From Caecitellus pseudoparvulus (lineage: Eukaryota > Protista > Bigyra: Bicosoecida), in NCBI GenBank assembly GCA_965644315.1, contig CBFFRQ010000095.1, positions 1-64,000 of the forward strand: a DNA stretch of 64,000 bases, given 5' to 3'. Position numbers and translations under genes: made by a program. Of the stretch, positions 48,393 to 60,600 are shown piece after piece. The notes under the pieces are model-generated. The model was not told where the DNA came from. It worked only from the letters and a program-made list of their open reading frames with translations, and did no database searches. Position 1 is the stretch's first letter, and each line of letters begins with the position of its first letter.

Positions 48393-51016
48393 TCAGCGCT
48401 TCCTGTGCGCCGTGGTCAGCGGGTCAGCTGTGGAGCGGGGGGAGCCGATGCCCGTCACCCGTGCGCCCTTGTGCGACGACTGGTGGATAGGCGGCAGGCT
48501 CTCGGGGGTGCCGCCGCCGCCACCTCGCACCTTGAGTGTGAAGGCGGTGAAAGCGCCCTCCTCACCCCCGGTAGGGCTGGGGTGCGGGTCGGCGGCCGCC
48601 AGGGAGGCCGTGCTGCGAGCGCGGTGCCCACGAGGTGTGCTGTGGCCAGTCGTGCGCCAGGTGCCGCCCACCACCTCTGTGGGCAGGGAGTCGTAGCGAG
48701 GCCTGCCGCTCCCCTGTCCCGTGGAGATGGTGGGGGCGCCCTCCCGTGGACTGGTGTCCTGAATGGGGGCCAGCCCCCCCCCCGTGTACACCAGGCTGCC
48801 TCCGGTTCCATTGGCGCCAAAGGTCGGGTGACCCTGTCCACCTGACGTTCGGGACATGCTGGATACGGTGCGCCCCGCCAGCACAGTGCTGTCTCCGTCG
48901 GTGCTGGAGCGGGGAGAGACGCCGCCGTGGGAGGGTGGGCAGGGCGCACTGCCCCACCCGGCAGTGCTGCTGGCGCCGCCGACACTGGAGCGCTCGCCGC
49001 TGAAGACGCTGCTGCCCGCGACGGACTGCTGACCGGGGGGCGTGCTGGCTGCGTCGGTGGGCACGTCCACGAGGGGGGCTGAGGTGGCCAGGGGGGGCAG
49101 GCCCTCCCCCTCCACTCCGCTGCCGCCGACGGTGGAGGAGGAGGAGGCGAAGGAGGTGTAGGAGTGCACGCCGCCAGGTCGCACACGCCGACGGCCGCTG
49201 CGCGCCGACGACCTGCGTCGGCGCCCCGCCCACGGGCTGCGCTTGCACGTCTCCCCCCGCAGTGTGCCGGGGATGGGTGTGTCAGGCATCCACCCCGGGC
49301 TCTGCCACCAGGCATGGTCCCGCACCTCAGCCATGGACGGGCGCTCCCCCTCCCGCACTCGCAGGCACTGAGAAATGAGGTGCACGAGGCCGGGCGACAG
49401 CGTCTCTGGCCACTGCCACGCACCACCGCCAGTGTCTGTGAACGGGGCGGCGGGTGCACCCCCCTCTGCAGCCTGGTTGCTGGTCCACACGGCGCTGGAG
49501 GGACACATAATGAAGTCCTGCAGAACGTGGGGCTGGGTGGCCTTGACGAATTCCCGGAAACGCCGGCTGGCAATGCAGCCTGACCGAAAGGGGAATGTGC
49601 CGGCAAACGCCACGAACAGCAGCACGCCCACACTCCACACGTCAGCTGCAAAGGCGTCGTACCCCGCCACGGCGGGGGTGGCGTCGCCTGCCGCCTGCAC
49701 TTCCGCTTCTGGCCACAGGGCTTCGGCTTCGCGGGGGGAAGACTCCCGCATGTACACGAAGCACACCTGCGGGCAAACGTATCGCGGGCTGCCGCTGGGC
49801 GAGCGCCCCCGAGGCATGGGCTTGGCCCGCCGACCCACCAGGGCAGAGCCAAAGTCACACAACTTCGCGATGAAGCCCTGCAGCGGGCCCTGCTGCGCAG
49901 CAGACTCGTCAGCGGGCCTGCCTGTCCCAGCCACCCACTCCGCCAGCTGAGTCTGCCGCTCCAAACGCCTCGCCTGCACAGCGGCCAAGTCCACGCCGCC
50001 ATCTGGCGTGTGTGGGGCAGGGGCGCCGTGTTGCCCCCACTGCATGATCAGCACGTTCTCAGGCTTCACTGTGGTGGAGGGGGGCAGGTGGTGTGACTAC
50101 AGGTGCGCTGAAGCCCCCCCTGCCAGATCACCAAGAACTGGCCATGCTTCAGCGGCGCCTCGCAAGACGTACCATCACGGTGGGCGATGTTCAAGCTGTG
50201 GCAGTGGGCAAGGGCGTGGGTCACCTGTGCCAGCCACTCCCGCGCATACAGCGCCTCCGGAAGCCTGTGCGGTGGAGGTGTGGTGTGTGGACGGTGCGCT
50301 GACGGCCCGGCTTCGTTGCCGGGTTGCTGCGGCCGCCGCCACGTACCGACTGTCCGGCGCCTTGCCCAGCACTTCCAACAGGTCTGTGTCTGCCAGCTGC
50401 AGCATGAGGCGCGCTTCCCGCCGCTCCTCGGAGTTCTCCACGCCGAAACAGTGCACGATGTGCAGGTGCTGGTTGGGGGGCGTGCCCAGGCGTCGTAGCT
50501 GTGCAGCGGGCCACGGTGCAATCAGGGTGCCGACGGCGTGATGAGGCTTCGCTGAGGAAGCTGCCGGCGCCGGCAGCAAGCCTGCCCGCACCCTGCCAGC
50601 AGGCGGGCACAGGCGCGGCCCTGCCGCCCACTGCCGTGTGATTTCCAATGTTAATGCACACAGTGCATCCGCGTGAGCGCCAATCGGCGCGCTCATGCGC
50701 TGGAGTCTGACGGAGCACGCTTCACGCACCGATCGAGCCTCGGCTTCCCAAGCGTACGGGCGGCTGCGTTTGGGACCTGACGGCATGACTTTCACCGCCA
50801 CAGCATTCCCACTGCAATCTTCAAGGTGCAGCACGCCCTGCCCGCCCCGCTGCAGCTCGCCTGTGGACAGAGCAGCAGCGCACGTCGAGCGTGTGCGGGA
50901 GATGCGTTTTGCAGAGGACTTCCCCAGCCTGGCCCGCCTCTGCACCGCGTGACCGGCGGCTCACCTGCAGTGGACGCCAGCGTCAGGGGGGAGCTGCACC
51001 CCTGCACATCCTCCAT
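48393..51016 (-). CDS. Ser/Thr protein kinase with low-complexity C-terminal tail, multi-exon
   Basis: MEDVQG...STAG|ELQRGGQG, VAVKVMP, HLHIVHCFG, IAHRD|VKPENVL, KLCDFGS, GSPRYVCPQ, YDAFAADVWSVGVLLF, ERPSMAEVRDHAW. Confidence 0.93.
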
Positions 51017-51310
51017 TGTGCTTGCTGGCACCGGGGCCTGCCTAGTTGCGCCAGGGGCGCCGTGCTGCTGGGGTGGCTTCCTGCAGTTTCGGCAGTGCCG
51101 AGGAACTGCGGGGGCGTCGCGTCTGTCCCAGGTGAACAGGCGCAGGCCAAGTTCTGCACGGCTGTGTTGTGTGGCCGATGTTTGTTGTGCAGGGTGGACG
51201 CTTTGTCCTTGAATTGGCGCGTCCTCGCGAGTGGCCTGCCCCGTGCGTGCCCCTCTGCGCTGGCTCAGGTTCCGCAGCCTCCCGCAGTGACGTTGGCGCC
51301 ACTCAGCGCA

Positions 51311-52916
51311 CTAGCGCTCGGGGGCGGGGACTGCGTGGCGCACCTTGCTCGACTTCACCAACTCCACCTTACCAGCGTCAATGAACGGCCGCAGCGCCCC
51401 CAGCAGCGCCGCGGGGCTCATGTCAGAGCCGTTCACCGCCCGAAGCACGTCCTGGGCGGCTTCTGGCCGAAGCAGCTTCAGCTCCAGACTCACCGTCGCC
51501 TCTGCTTCTCCATCGTCCGGCGCGCTTTCAAAGACAAGCACCTGCTGCCCCGGTCCATCCACCGCCGCCTGCACGGCCTCCTGCCGCTGCGCGGGGGTGG
51601 CACGTTGATCGCCAGGCACCGGAGTGCCGGGCAGCCCCTCAGCATCAGGTGGCGCCACCCGCCCCCCACGCCCACGTACTGCCACCAGCAGCGCCTCGCG
51701 CTCCCGCACACCGTGCTGTAACTCTTCCTCAGCAGCCTCTGCAGACTGCAGCAGGCCCTGCACATGCTCCACTTGCTCGGCAAGGGGAGGTGACGGGCGG
51801 ACTTTGAGTGCCCCTTGCAGCAACGCAAGTGCGCGTGGCAGGTCTTGAGGCCCGCCCCGCCCCTGCTGCAGCAGCGTGGCCAGGTTCACACAGGAGGGCT
51901 GGAAACCCTTGCTTGCTGCCAGTTCAAAAAACTCCCGTGCCCGCACATCGCTCTGAGGCGCCCCTGCCGCCAACAGAAACGCCACGCCCACATTGTGCAA
52001 CGCCTCCGGGTACCCTGACTCTGCCGCCAGCAGGTACAGCTTGAAGCCCCGCGTGGCGTCCTGCTCCACGGCAATGCCCTCTGTGAACCGCTGGCCCAGC
52101 TGGGTGAGTGCAATGGGGTCGCCCATGCGAGCTGCCGCACGTAGCCAGGTCAGCCCAGCGCTTTCATCCACCTCCGTCCCCAGCCCGGTGAAATGGGCGT
52201 TGGCCAGGTTCAACGCGGCAGGCGCCACGCCGCCTTTGGCTGCCGTCGTGAGTAGGCGCACACACCGCTCCATAGCTTCCTTCTCCCCACTCGTGCGGCG
52301 TCGATAGTTCGCCTGGCTCACCAGGGTTGCCAGCGTGAAACAGGCCCAAGGGTGCTGCGCCTTCTCCGCCAGGTCAGTCAGCAGCTCCTGAGCCTTGACA
52401 GGGTCCTGCACAGGCGCGTCGTCGCGGACAGGTCGGCAGGGGACTGCGCGTGGGTGTGCAGAGCGCTGCCACGCACCTTTTCAGGCACGCCACGCCCCTG
52501 CAGCAACATGACAGCCATGCTGTACGCAGAGTCGGTGTCGCCCTTCATGGCCGCTGCAGTGTACAGTGCAGCAGCACGCTCATCGTTCTGTGCCTCCCCT
52601 GCGTGACGCGTTGAAAGCAAGTGCCGCAAGCAGCCTGCGCAGTGGATGGGCGTGCGGAAATCGACTCACCCTGCCCGTGCAGCGCCGCATCAGCCATCTT
52701 CCGCAGCTCCTGCCGTGTCTTGCTCTTGAACGTGGAGCCCAAGTCCAGTGGCTCGCGCACAGCTGTGGCACTGGCCGCAGCCCTCTGCCCCGCCTTCAAC
52801 AAGTCTTGATGCACAGCAGACATGACTTCGTCAAAGCTCCTCACTGGTGCTGGAGCAGGTGCGGCGCCTGGCCTCCCAGTCAGGCGCCCGATGGCGCCAC
52901 GCAGTGCGCGCCACAT
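51311..52916 (-). CDS. Sel1-like repeat protein, possibly mitochondrial; multi-exon (start 52916 or 52961)
   Basis: Repeated A..NLA..HFTGLGTEVD, A.TQLG.RFTEGIAVEQD, ALHNVGVAFLLAAGAPQS, NLATLLQQGRGGPQD. Arg-rich N-terminus MWRALRGAIGRLTGR. Confidence 0.88.
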
Positions 52917-53478
52917 GCCTGTGCTGTGCTGTGGCCTATACACACGTCCCAAAGCAGCCATGCAGCCTACAATGGCATGGCTGAGCACGCGCGAAGATTT
53001 GCCGTGAGCTTGGTTTGGCGGACTGCGCACGCTAGAGCAAGGCTGGCGGCCATCGCTGCAACGCAGTGGCTCTGGCCACCTAGACGCTCGGAGAGTATTT
53101 GAAGCATGGTGCACTCTCTCAGCTTGGGGTTGCGCACCCGGTCTCCGCACGCTCGCACACCCAGCACCACCACGACAATTCGCGGCACTTGGCACAATCC
53201 CAAGCCTCCGCTGCGGGCCATGCCGAGGCCAAAGCAACTGCTCGATACTCAGCTGACTTTTGTAGTTCTGTGCAGATTCGCTTCCTGCGAGTCGCTCGTC
53301 AAGCCTGCGTTTCGCCGCAGCTGTAAGCTGGGCCGAGCGCATCCGCAGCATCCAGCCCACACTGCAAGCGGCGACCGCACTGCGACAGCATGGACAGCCG
53401 TCACCATTGCTACATTGAAGGCACGGAGCAGCCAGTGCTGCCCTCTTATCTTGCCTTTGCGCTGGGCTTCATCTGCGT

Positions 53479-55389
53479 TTGCGCGGCCATCAGCACCGCA
53501 GTGTACTTCGGGTGAGAGCGGCGCGCTTCCTGGAAGTGGAGGGGGAATTCCGCATCAGAACCCTGCAATCCACGCTGGCTTGCCGCCCCGCACGCAGGAC
53601 GAGCGCCAAACCCCGTCGAGCCGCAGGCGCCACGCCGAACTTCGGATGTGGCACTTCAGGCGTGTTTTACTACCTCAGCGCCTCCATCGCGGGCACGACG
53701 GCCCCGGGGCTGATCCTGTACTGGATCCTGAAAACCGGCAACGGAGCAGCATCACACCCTGAAGTCGCGTGCCTCCTGTACGCCACGGGGCTGCCCCTAT
53801 CCCCCTACTCTGCCTTCTTCACCGCCTTTCTCCTCTTCACCTTCATCCCCAGCCTGGCCCGGCACTGGATTCGCCATGTCCTGGCTCGCGCAATGGACAC
53901 AGCTGCAGACGGCGCACTGGCCCGCCCTGGCGGCCGTGTCCTCGCCCTGAACGCCAGGCGGGGCACGTACGCCACGAGCTGGGCGCAGCACATGGCCCAA
54001 GCAAGCGCTGCAGACCGCTCCCCATCGGGCCAGGCGCCCCTGCTCTCCTCCGCCATAGCAGGTCCGCAACAAGCTGGGGAGATCATTCTCGCTGACTCGT
54101 GGGGCAGCACACACTGCACGGAGAGCCGCCAGTGGCCCGTTGAGAACTGCCTGCGTGAACGCGAGGCATTCTACGCCGCCCACCCCGGGGAGGTCGCAGC
54201 ATACCCAGACTGCACACTCCTGCGCACAGACTGGCAGATGCTGGCCCTGGATGACAACAGCATCGACTCTGTCGCATTCACCTTCCCCTACCACCTCAGC
54301 TACCTGCAGTCGGCGGAAGACTCGCCTGCACGCCGACAGGCCAAACTGGACATGCTCCTGGCCGAAGTGCAGCGTGTGCTGCGGCCGGGCGGCATCCTGA
54401 CCGTCTGCGTCTTGATGTGGCAGAGCAAGCAGTGCTTGGAGGGCTTCACCGCGCACACGACCTGGGACACTGCCGAAGTGCACTCCATGGTCTGCATCAG
54501 CACTGTCCCCATGCGTGTCCTGCGCTTCGTCGCGCCCAAGACTTCACCCGCACGCCGCTGCAGCGTGGACCGCGTCACTGCCACCCTCATCCGCCGGGAG
54601 GCCAGCTTCGAGGGAGATGAAGGGCAAGAGCCCGAGGAGTCAACGCGGAAATCCGTAGACGAACACATTCTTCCTTCGTACGGCCCAGGCAGCGCACAAG
54701 ATACCATCGTCATCCCTGGTGGAGCAGGCGTGCAACCTGACTGTGGATGGGAGCCCGCCCTGCCACAAGACACCATCACCATCACGTACAGCCACGTCGC
54801 ACTGCGGGTGGGCCTATTTTCACTCACCCTCATCATGTACTGCGCCGCAGCGGCCTTCATCGTCATTTACTACGACGCCACCGCCATCCCCGCCGACGCC
54901 ACCTACGACGACACAGTGGGCAACCAATTGTTGTCCAACATCGTCACCATGCCCTTCTCCTTCGCCCTGGTGTACTACACCATGCTCCAAACATGCACAC
55001 ATGTCTCCGGAGTTGGCGCAGGGGCGGTGCGAGAGGTGGCCAGCGTGCAAGACGTCGGCCTAGCCTGGTTCCGCGGCAACGTTGGCGTCTTCATCATTGC
55101 TGTCCTGTACAACGCCGTCCTCTGGCTGCCTGTGTTCCTGCTGAACCTCTTCGTTCTCAAGCACTCCGCAGTCGGCCTGCGCACCATCGTCGGCTACGTT
55201 GTCCCCATTGTCCTGGTGACAGTCGTCATCCGAGGCGGGGGGCGTCTGTACGCTTGGTACGTGGCGCGGCGTGAGGAAGCGGCGGCCGCCCGGGAAGCGC
55301 AGCAAGAAGCCGCCCTCCGCCGCTCCCTCGACACGAGCCCGCCCACAAAGCGTGCAGCGGCACTGAACCTCGCCGCAGCGCAGCCTTGA
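53479..55389 (+). CDS. Membrane protein with a class I SAM-methyltransferase-like domain; true start and 5' exons uncertain (possible ATG 53390)
   Basis: N-terminal hydrophobic helices; RVLALNARRG (degenerate motif I); DWQMLALDDNSIDSV; LAEVQRVLRPGGIL; four C-terminal hydrophobic helices. Confidence 0.7.
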   Translation: MRGHQHRSVLRVRAARFLEVEGEFRIRTLQSTLACRPARRTSAKPRRAAGATPNFGCGTSGVFYYLSASIAGTTAPGLILYWILKTGNGAASHPEVACLLYATGLPLSPYSAFFTAFLLFTFIPSLARHWIRHVLARAMDTAADGALARPGGRVLALNARRGTYATSWAQHMAQASAADRSPSGQAPLLSSAIAGPQQAGEIILADSWGSTHCTESRQWPVENCLREREAFYAAHPGEVAAYPDCTLLRTDWQMLALDDNSIDSVAFTFPYHLSYLQSAEDSPARRQAKLDMLLAEVQRVLRPGGILTVCVLMWQSKQCLEGFTAHTTWDTAEVHSMVCISTVPMRVLRFVAPKTSPARRCSVDRVTATLIRREASFEGDEGQEPEESTRKSVDEHILPSYGPGSAQDTIVIPGGAGVQPDCGWEPALPQDTITITYSHVALRVGLFSLTLIMYCAAAAFIVIYYDATAIPADATYDDTVGNQLLSNIVTMPFSFALVYYTMLQTCTHVSGVGAGAVREVASVQDVGLAWFRGNVGVFIIAVLYNAVLWLPVFLLNLFVLKHSAVGLRTIVGYVVPIVLVTVVIRGGGRLYAWYVARREEAAAAREAQQEAALRRSLDTSPPTKRAAALNLAAAQP

Positions 55390-55869
55390 GTTGCGAGTGT
55401 GGGCAGTTAGGCAGGCCTTGGTGCGTGGCGCCCAAAGTGGTGCCTGCAATGCACGCCCTGCGTTGCGCACATTGAGATATGGGGCCTGATTGTGTGCTTG
55501 GGTGCATGATGCGAATCAAGGTCGAAGTTTTGCGGGCTCGTGAGACTTTCAGTGGCTCAGCTGCTCACTCGCCAGAAGCAGGACTCAAGTGCAGCGGCTG
55601 AAGAGCCTGCGCTGGCGGACACCTTCATATTGGCTCACTGGGATTCTGCTCGTGTACACTGCGTGTACATCTTCAGTGATGGGCGTGGGGCCGAGCATTG
55701 ACGGGTGCATTTGAGGTCATTGCGATCTGTGGATTCAGGAGCTCCATGAGGATGCAAAGTACTCTGAAATCGAGGTGCTTGTCGTCGAACAATCAAAAGC
55801 AAATAGAAGGGAACCCGTCTGTTTTTGAATCTTCGCCTACTTCTCATTCAAACTCTCTGATATTCTCAG

Positions 55870-57446
55870 GACGCCAGAGAGGCGCAGAAGCTCACCGCCA
55901 TGTCCGTTGTGCCTCTGCGGCCAAAGGGCACGCCCAGCACTTGGAGGATGCCGTGGCGGCGGATGGCGATGGTGATGGAAGCGACGTGGAGGATGCCGCG
56001 GCGGCAGGGGGGCGGCAGTCTGGCGCTATTGGGTGCGGTGAGTGGGTCGGGGCAGACCAGTGCGCCTGACACTGCACGCTTTGTGCCGAGTGGCGTGGCG
56101 GGTGGCGGGTGGGAGCTGGAGAGCGACGACAGCGATGCCAGGTGTGGCGGAGATGTGAACAGTGGGGGTGCGTGGTGGCGCCTGCCGTGGCTGCGCGGCG
56201 TGCGGCTCAGGCACAGGCTCGCAAGGCTGCCGCAGCCCTGCCGTGGGACACGGCGTACTGCGCCTGCACCCTCCTGCAGCGCCTATGGGAGGCACATCCC
56301 CGTGTGCTGAGCGAAGCGGCAGCTGGTGCCGGTGGCAGTGGCAGTGGTGGTGCGCCTGCCAGCGGCACGAAGCGGCGGCGCAAGGCTGGGAAGGCGCAAG
56401 AGTCAGACGCCACCACCACTGCTGCCACGCTGCACAGTGCGCTGTGGACGTCTCTGGATGCTCTGACCGAAATTATGGTGTTCCCCCACGCGTGGGTGCG
56501 GGCGGCAGCAGCCAGGTGGCTAGGCGCCGTCCTGAACACCGTGGCAGTGGCGAGTGTGGGGAGCTACCCCCCACCGCCTGGCGTGGCGGCGTGGCTGGCT
56601 AGGGATGAGCGCCTGTTCGCCCTGGCCCGGGCAGCCTGTGTGCAGCTGGCGGATGGAATGCTGAGCAGGGAGCAGGGCACGGCTCTGGCGCCGGTGCTGC
56701 TGTTCACGGCGGTGGGGCTGTACGCCACGACGCTACCCAGCTCCCGCAACACCATCCCGCCCCACCTCGCCGAGCGCACTGCTCGCTTGGCTGGCAAGTC
56801 CACCCTGCTCGTGGGTGGTATGGAGGTGGTGGGCGGCAAGGTGGTGCAGCAGGACAGCTCGCCCTCCACACACACCGCCCACGACGACGACGACGGCGGT
56901 GCGCGGGACCCGCTGTTCTGGCTGCTGCAGCGCCTCAGCAACACGGCAGTGCAGCAGGGCGGACCGGCGGCCACCACGGCGCTGAACGTGTTCGGGGCCA
57001 TGGCTGGGCACTTGCCGCAGGCAGACCTGCAGCCCTTTGTGGTGCCAGTGGCACGGGCAGTGTTCCGCACTGTGTAGGCGGCAGAGCACGTTGCCAGCGA
57101 CCCCCGCCTGGCCGACGCGCCATCCTGGTCAGAGCAGGCACAGCAGGCGGCCGCTGCAGCGGAGGCAGGCGCCTTGGCGTCGGAGGTCATGGAGGCGGTG
57201 CAGGGTGCCATGGGTGCAGATGTGTTCCTGACGGCATACAACGGCGAGCGGCGGGCCAGGGCGGCGGCGAAGGAGTGGCGGGCGAGGCAGGAGGCGCAAG
57301 AGGCGGTGATGGACCCGGCAGCAGCTGCCGCACGGCGGAGTCGGAAGGCACAGGCGAAGAAGCGCCACGTGGCGAAGCGCATGGACAAGCTGAAGGTGCT
57401 GCGAGGTGGTGGTGGGAAGGGCAGGAAGCGTGCGAGAGAGGACTAG
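55870..57446 (+). pseudogene. UTP20: UTP20 (SSU processome HEAT protein) C-terminal fragment, disrupted
   Basis: FPHAWVRAAAARWLG, LFWLLQRLS, LASEVMEAVQGAMGADVFLTAY..EAVMDPAAAAARRSRK..KKR. In-frame TAG at 57075-57077, apparent frameshifts at 56010-56170, and no upstream ~2,000 codons. Confidence 0.75.
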
Positions 57447-57623
57447 AGGCGTGAGAGGGTTTGGTGTGTGGAGGGTAGTGTAATGCAGGTGTGGGAGCGG
57501 GGTGTGTCGAGATGGTGGTGAGGTGTGGTGTCGTATTTGCTGGATTGCAATGAAACTCGTGCTGGCCTGAGAAAGGTATCAAGTTTGCCACATGGCGCAC
57601 TGGCTTTCATTCAAAGGGATGAG

Positions 57624-60600
57624 TCAGATCAAGCCTGTCAAGCTCTCAAACTTGGCGGCTTCCTGTCGCATACTGTCTGAGATCCTGCGATCACCATGAA
57701 GGGCCAGCAGCTCACCCAAGATGTCTGTGTGACCATTGCGGCATGCCCATCGGAAGGCAGCCTCGGGTCCACGCTCATCTGCCGCATGAACATCCACTTC
57801 CCGTGCACCAGTGAGACTCAGAAGCTCGCGCACGATCTCTGTATGACCCCAGCGGCATGCCCCTCGGAAGGCGGCGTCTGGACCGCCACGAGCCGCCGCA
57901 TGCACATCCACTTCCCGCGCTCCAGTGAGGCCCAACAGCTCACGCGCGATGTCAAGGTGACCCCCGCGGCAAGCTCCTCGGAATGCGGCCCCAGGTCCAT
58001 CTCCATCCGCCGCATTGACATCCACCGCCCGCGCTCCAGTCAAAGCCAGCAGCTCACGCACGATACCTGTGTGACCGTAGGTGCACCCGCCTCGGAAGGC
58101 GGCTTCAGGTCCATCTCCATCCACCGCGTGCACATCCACTTCCCGCGCCCCAGTCAGAGCCAGCAGCTCACGCGCGATGTCAGTGTGGCCCCTCTTGCAT
58201 GCGTCTCGGAAAGCGGCCTCAGGTCCAACAGCATCTGCCGCATGCACATCCACCTCCCGTGACCCGCTCAGGCTCAGTAGCTCACGGACAACATCTGCAT
58301 GACCGTTGGCGCATGCTCTTCGGAAGGCAGCCTCAGGTCCACCCCCATCCGCCGCGTGCACATCCACTTCCCGCGCCCCAGTCAGGTCCAACAGCTCACG
58401 CACGATGTCTGTGTGGCCATTGGCGCATGCGCCTCGGAAGGCGGCCTCAGGTCCATGATCATCTGCCACGTGCACATCCACTGCTCGCACTTCTGTCAGA
58501 GCCAGCAGTTCGCACACGATACCTGTGTGGCCTTTACAGCATGCAATCCGGAAGGCGGCTTCAGATCCGCCCACATCCGCCGCATGAACATCTACTTCCC
58601 GCACCCCAGTCAGCCCCATCAGCTCACGCGCGATGTCAAGGTGGCCCCTGGCGCATGCCCCTCGGAATGCGGCCTCAGGTCCATCTCCATCCCCCACGTG
58701 TACATTCACTGCCCGTGCGCCAGTGAGGCCCAACAACTCACGCACAACGCTTGTGTGACCATTGACGCATGCCTCTCGGAAGGCAGCCTCAGGTCCAACA
58801 GCATCAGCCGCGTGCACATCCACTTCCCGTGCACCAGTCAGCCCCATCAGCTCACGCGCGATGTCAGTGTGGCCCCTCTTGCATGCGGCTCGGAAGGCGG
58901 CTTCAGATCCGCCCACATCCGCCGCATGAACATCTACTTCCCGCACCCCAGTCAGCCCCATCAGCTCACGCGCGATGTCAAGGTGGCCCCTGGCGCATGC
59001 CCCTCGGAAGGCGGCCTCAGGTCCATCTCCATCCCCCACGTGTACATTCACTGCCCGTGCGCCAGTCAGGTTCAACAGCTCACGCACAACGCTTGTGTGA
59101 CCATTGACGCATGCCTCTCGGAAGGCGGCCTCAGGTCCAACAGCATCAGCCGCGTGCACATCCACTTCCCGTGCACCAGTCAGCCCCATCAGCTCACGCG
59201 CGATGTCTGTGTGGCCATTGGCGCATGCCCCTCGGAAGGCGGCTTCAGGTCCAACAGCATCCGCCGCATGCACATCCACCTCCCGTGACCCTTTTAGGCT
59301 CAGTAGCTCACGCACTATGCCTGAGTGGCCCAACGAACACGCATCTCGGAAGGCAGCCTCAGGTCCATCTCCATCCCCCACGTGAACATCCACTTCCCGT
59401 GCCCCAGTCAGGTTCAACAGCTCACGCACGATATCTGTGTGGCCACAAAAACATGCATCACGTAAAGCTGCCTCAGGCCCATCCCCATCCGCGACATGCA
59501 CATCCACTTCCCGTGCACCAGTGAGACTCAGAAGCTCACACACGATACCTGTGTGACCCATCATGCATGCCCCTCGGAAGGCGGCCTCAGATCCGCCCAC
59601 ATCCGCCACGTGCACATCCACTTCCCGCGCCCCAGTCAGAGCCAGCAGCTCACGCACGATTTCTGTGTATCCATTTGTACAAGCCCATCGGAAGGCGGCC
59701 TCAGGTCCATCTCCATCCCCCACGTGCACATCCACCTCCCGCGCCCCAGTCAGGGCCAGTAGGTCACGCACGATGTCTGTGTGGCCACAGCGGCATGCCC
59801 ACCGGAAGGCAGCCTCAGGTCCACCCCCATCTGCCGCATGCACATCCACTGCCTCATCCCCCGTCAATGCAAGCAACTCACGCACCCTCGCAAGTCTGCC
59901 TTCCTTGCACGCATTCACAAATGCAACAGTGTTCTCAGCGCTAAAAATATCCAGCTCCACGGGCGGATTCGGCTGTGCTGCTGCTTCCGCAGTTTCGGCC
60001 GCATGCGTTTGAGCTGCCGCACCAGCTGCCTGCTCTCCACCAAGCACACCCCGCACCGCACTCTCCACCCCCGACAAATCCCCCGCTTCACCCCTACCTT
60101 CCTCAAACGCCATCGCATATGCACCCATGCAGCTACCACTCCCTCCCCACCCCAGCACCTCCAACGCGCTCAGCAGTCCATGCTCACCACCCTCACCGCT
60201 CCCCACAAACAGCGACCCGACGCCCGATCCGCATCTCAGCGCATCACCTCCCACACCAAGCACCTCACGCAGCACGCCCAACACACCCTCACTATCAAAA
60301 CTGCCACCATCAGCGCGACCCGTGCCCCACACACCGCCACAGGAACTCAACAACACCTCACACCCACCCCCATCCAATGCGCCCACCAGATCACCCACAC
60401 TGCCACTCCCCACACCCACAACCACAAAGCTCCCCACACCCACACCACTCAGACTCACTCCACACGCCTCCGCCACAGCACACACACCCAGCACCCGCAC
60501 AGCCACGCGCTGCTTCACCTCCAGCCCAACATCGCCCCACGCTTCATCCTCCAGGAACACCCTCAACGGCCACCCCTCCTCACATTGCACCTGCAACGTG

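Noticed and set aside
57075-57077. In-frame TAG in UTP20 as evidence for stop-codon reassignment or readthrough
   Set aside because: Other genes here end in TAG (e.g. B56 at 41771-41773), and the fragment also has frameshifts and lacks its 5' part, so pseudogenisation is simpler.
57690-59930. Regularly spaced repeats with variable intervals resembling a CRISPR array or TALE repeats
   Set aside because: The units are in-frame 114-bp ankyrin-like coding repeats. There are no unique spacers or cas genes, and no TALE LTPxQVVAIAS consensus.
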